Notes under the pieces: generated by a model | What the model saw: the letters and a program-made list of their open reading frames with translations, nothing else | Database searches by the model: none | Told to the model about the DNA's origin: nothing | Position numbers and translations under genes: made by a program | Part shown: piece after piece, positions 51,684 through 54,092 of the stretch | Layout: every line of letters begins with the position of its first letter | Position numbering within the stretch: position 1 is the first letter of the stretch | Assembly (NCBI GenBank): GCA_012511885.1 | Contig: JAAZFE010000045.1 | Location: 1-54,092 of the forward strand | Direction: 5' to 3' | DNA: 54,092 nucleotides | Source: Lentisphaerota bacterium | GTDB lineage: Bacteria; Verrucomicrobiota; Kiritimatiellia; CAIQIC01; Lenti-01

Positions 51684-53775
51684 CTTCAGTGCTCATGATA
51701 GCCGGAATGTCAGGGACAATCCGATAAAAATAATTCGCGCCAACACGCCCGAGCGGCACAGCCCATGGTTCGCGCAACTTGCTGCCGGCCCACAACAGAT
51801 AGCGCACCTCCAGCCTGTCCAAGTCGGCCCGGCACAGCTTCCAGGTGAACTGATCCCGGCCCTCAAGCTCAGCCCAGCTCTTGTCGCCAGCCACCACATC
51901 CACCGAAATGTGCGCGTAGCGATTCCACGCCGTTTCAAAAGTGCGGTCGGGATCAATCGTCAGCCATAGCGCGGGCTGGGGGATTGAATGGATGCCATTC
52001 ACGCACGACAAGCCATTGGCCACCAGCAGTTGGGCCCGCGACTTCTCGTTGCACAGCCAACGGCCTTCGCCCGATCCCTGCTGAATCTCCTTGGCATAGC
52101 TGGCCACCTGCTTGTGCAGCAGAGGACTCGCACCGACGCAGAGGGGATGGACCCAGGCCCCCGTCAGCAGCCCACACACCAGATAACCGCCCAGAAACAA
52201 GCCTCGATGAGTCCGCAGCAACCCGAGCCCCATGGCCCCAAACACGCCCGCCCCCAGCCCCAGCATGGCCACAGTCGGCAGCAACCGGTGGCCGCCGAAG
52301 AAGCCGCGCCATTCCGGATAGAGGCAAAAAACCAGCAGCTGACCGCCCCAACTCAGCGCCAACCAAACCCCCACTCCGGGCCAGCCCACACGCCACCCCC
52401 GCTGCTCGCAATAGGCGAATGTCTTGAAGGCCAAAAGCAGAAACATCAGCCCCATGACCAGCGCCACCCGACTGGGCCCCACGATCACCGCGCCCACCCA
52501 CCGGGCCAGCGCACCCGACCAAGGCCACAACACGCTGAGAGTCAGCAAGACCGCATAGCCCGCCAAACCCCAGCTCAACCAAGGCAACCGGCCCCTTCGC
52601 CGCCACCCCATCTGCGCCCACACCACCACCCCGGCAGCCAACGGCGCGGCATACATGCTCACCAGACAAGGATTCAAATACTCCATGCCCCGAAACGAGG
52701 TGAACAAACACACCAGCGGATACCAAAAATATATCCATAACCCCGCCACATTTCCCGTCGTGGGCAGCCGATGCCCCGGATAGACCGACTGACCCAAAAC
52801 CTCGAGCGTCTCCCGGTGCACGTTGAGAAAATACAGCAGGTTGGCTCCCCACAACCCCAGCATCACCCCCAACACAATCAGGGCGTGACGGCCATGCCCC
52901 CCCTGCCGCCAAGCCCGCCGCGTCATCTCCCCCGCCAGCAAAAGCCATAAGCCGCCCAATAGAAACTGCCACGGCGGATAAAACGAGTAGGAATAGGAAC
53001 ACAACGCCGCCAGGAATCCGACGCCCCACAGCCATTGCAGAATCGGACGGCGCTCCGCAAACAGCCGATACAGACACACCAAACCCATGAAAAAATAAAG
53101 CACCATATACGGCACGGAAGTATCCCACCACTGCGTCGGCGCCCCCCAGCAAATGGCCAGCGCGCCCACCACCGACAACGCCCGAGCACCACTTGTCCAG
53201 ATCAGAAAAAATTCCAAAGCAAACAGGAAGATCCCCAGATAACGAATCCACCAGTTCCAGGCCAGCCCCCGCTCCGCGCCAAACAAAAAATAGCCCCAAT
53301 TGTGCGCCTGCCCCACCACCGTCCAATCCCACACCGGGCAGGATGGCACCATCAAAAACATGTCCATCCCGCTGCCCAACCGCTCGTTGATGCGCGGAAA
53401 ATAATCCGGATGCGCACATTGAGCGAAAACCGTGGGCGTGGACACCCGCCACTCGTCGCTACGAATCGCGCGCCACGAACCGATTTCAACAAAGCGATAC
53501 TCCTCCGTCACATCCGGCATCAGATGATCCCAGGCCCCCAGTGATGACCCATGCAACTTCCCGCCCACCAGCGCCGCAAACAATACGAGCCCCCATAACC
53601 AGCGCCACCGGAACAGCCCGTCGCCCCAACGCGACAGTCGGGCAGCGACCACCTGCCACCGGGTCACGTCGCCATCCTCCCGCCCACCACCTTTCCGGCG
53701 CCTCGCGCCACCCTTTTCATGGGAGGCAACGGCCCCGAGGCAACAGGTCGGTTGTTCAACATCGCTCGACTCCAT
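51673..53775 (-). CDS. Large polytopic membrane protein (~700 aa), GT-C-like by inference
   Basis: First extracytoplasmic loop carries WRAIRSDEWRVSTP (acidic motif), followed by more than 12 hydrophobic segments and a ~130-aa C-terminal domain. ATG at 53775; the longest ORF (GTG) starts at 53820 and abuts the repeat element. Confidence 0.78.
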   Translation of the reverse strand: MESSDVEQPTCCLGAVASHEKGGARRRKGGGREDGDVTRWQVVAARLSRWGDGLFRWRWLWGLVLFAALVGGKLHGSSLGAWDHLMPDVTEEYRFVEIGSWRAIRSDEWRVSTPTVFAQCAHPDYFPRINERLGSGMDMFLMVPSCPVWDWTVVGQAHNWGYFLFGAERGLAWNWWIRYLGIFLFALEFFLIWTSGARALSVVGALAICWGAPTQWWDTSVPYMVLYFFMGLVCLYRLFAERRPILQWLWGVGFLAALCSYSYSFYPPWQFLLGGLWLLLAGEMTRRAWRQGGHGRHALIVLGVMLGLWGANLLYFLNVHRETLEVLGQSVYPGHRLPTTGNVAGLWIYFWYPLVCLFTSFRGMEYLNPCLVSMYAAPLAAGVVVWAQMGWRRRGRLPWLSWGLAGYAVLLTLSVLWPWSGALARWVGAVIVGPSRVALVMGLMFLLLAFKTFAYCEQRGWRVGWPGVGVWLALSWGGQLLVFCLYPEWRGFFGGHRLLPTVAMLGLGAGVFGAMGLGLLRTHRGLFLGGYLVCGLLTGAWVHPLCVGASPLLHKQVASYAKEIQQGSGEGRWLCNEKSRAQLLVANGLSCVNGIHSIPQPALWLTIDPDRTFETAWNRYAHISVDVVAGDKSWAELEGRDQFTWKLCRADLDRLEVRYLLWAGSKLREPWAVPLGRVGANYFYRIVPDIPAIMSTEDEP

Positions 53776-53824
53776 CAGTTCGCTCACAACCCGCACCAGA
53801 CTTGCGGATTTCGGAACCACTCTA

Positions 53825-53971
53825 ACCTGAATTATGCACGCGACAAGTCCAGTTCAGATGCGAGGCGGGCGGGGTGAAGCTGTATTGGCATACTGCGAAC
53901 CCCGCAGAACAAAGCAGATGGACTGGAATCGTCGCGCCCTTGGTCAATATGAATGAAAAATGATTTTTTTA
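53825..53971 (+). mobile_element. MITE-like element, copy 5, left ~147 bp only
   Basis: TA(53823-53824)-ACCTGAATTATGCACGCGACAAGTCC... is colinear with copy 2 up to ...ATGATTTTTTTA, then switches to unrelated A/T-rich sequence. Confidence 0.8.
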
Positions 53972-54027
53972 CACTACCATCCCATAGGGATGTCATTTTG
54001 AGCTGGGGAAGCGGATAAAAAAGAGTG

Positions 54028-54087
54028 TTGGTCTTGATTTTGTGTGCCTGTAGCCTACAGGTATTATGAAAAAAAACTCAAGACCAA
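54028..54087. repeat. Nested inverted repeats in A/T-rich DNA at the window edge
   Basis: TTGGTCTTGA (54028-54037) pairs with TCAAGACCAA (54078-54087). Inner palindrome CCTGTAG-C-CTACAGG at 54047-54061. Confidence 0.5.
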
Positions 54088-54092
54088 GACCA

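Overview
This is a GC-rich bacterial chromosomal segment. Gene content and repeat style suggest a PVC-group or Verrucomicrobiota-like organism, but that placement is only a guess. Housekeeping genes eno and radC open the window, and nusA-infB-rbfA-truB sits in the middle. Almost everything else (about 45 kb) is a cell-envelope glycan or glycosylation super-cluster. It holds ten GT-A/GT-B-type glycosyltransferases and six very large polytopic membrane proteins (GT-C-like by inference); three of the six lie next to a GT2, one of which has the C-terminal TM segments of a polyprenyl-phosphate-sugar synthase. It also holds a CDP-hexose modification cassette (rfbF, C-methyltransferase, 3,5-epimerase-like, DUF4910), acetyl- and pyruvyl-transferases, a Wzx-type flippase, RgpF-like and WbdD-like (methyltransferase plus kinase-like) genes, and a CotH-kinase/DUF4956/VTC operon. 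The most unusual signals are non-coding. (i) A ~219-bp TA-flanked element with terminal inverted repeats occurs as 3 full copies, 2 truncated copies and one 21-bp remnant, all in the same orientation. The full copies sit exactly between stop and start codons of operon genes and carry compensatory base changes (including G-U pairs) that preserve a two-domain fold. (ii) A divergent intergenic region carries five copies of the palindrome TTCCACG-N-CGTGGAA, four of them helically phased, plus ~150 bp of phased A/T tracts. A second phased A-tract block lies upstream of eno. An IS630-family transposase pseudogene and two visibly A/T-richer patches mark probable horizontal insertions. I found no rRNA, tRNA or CRISPR array. 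Many long ORFs in the track are antisense shadows typical of high-GC DNA and were not called.
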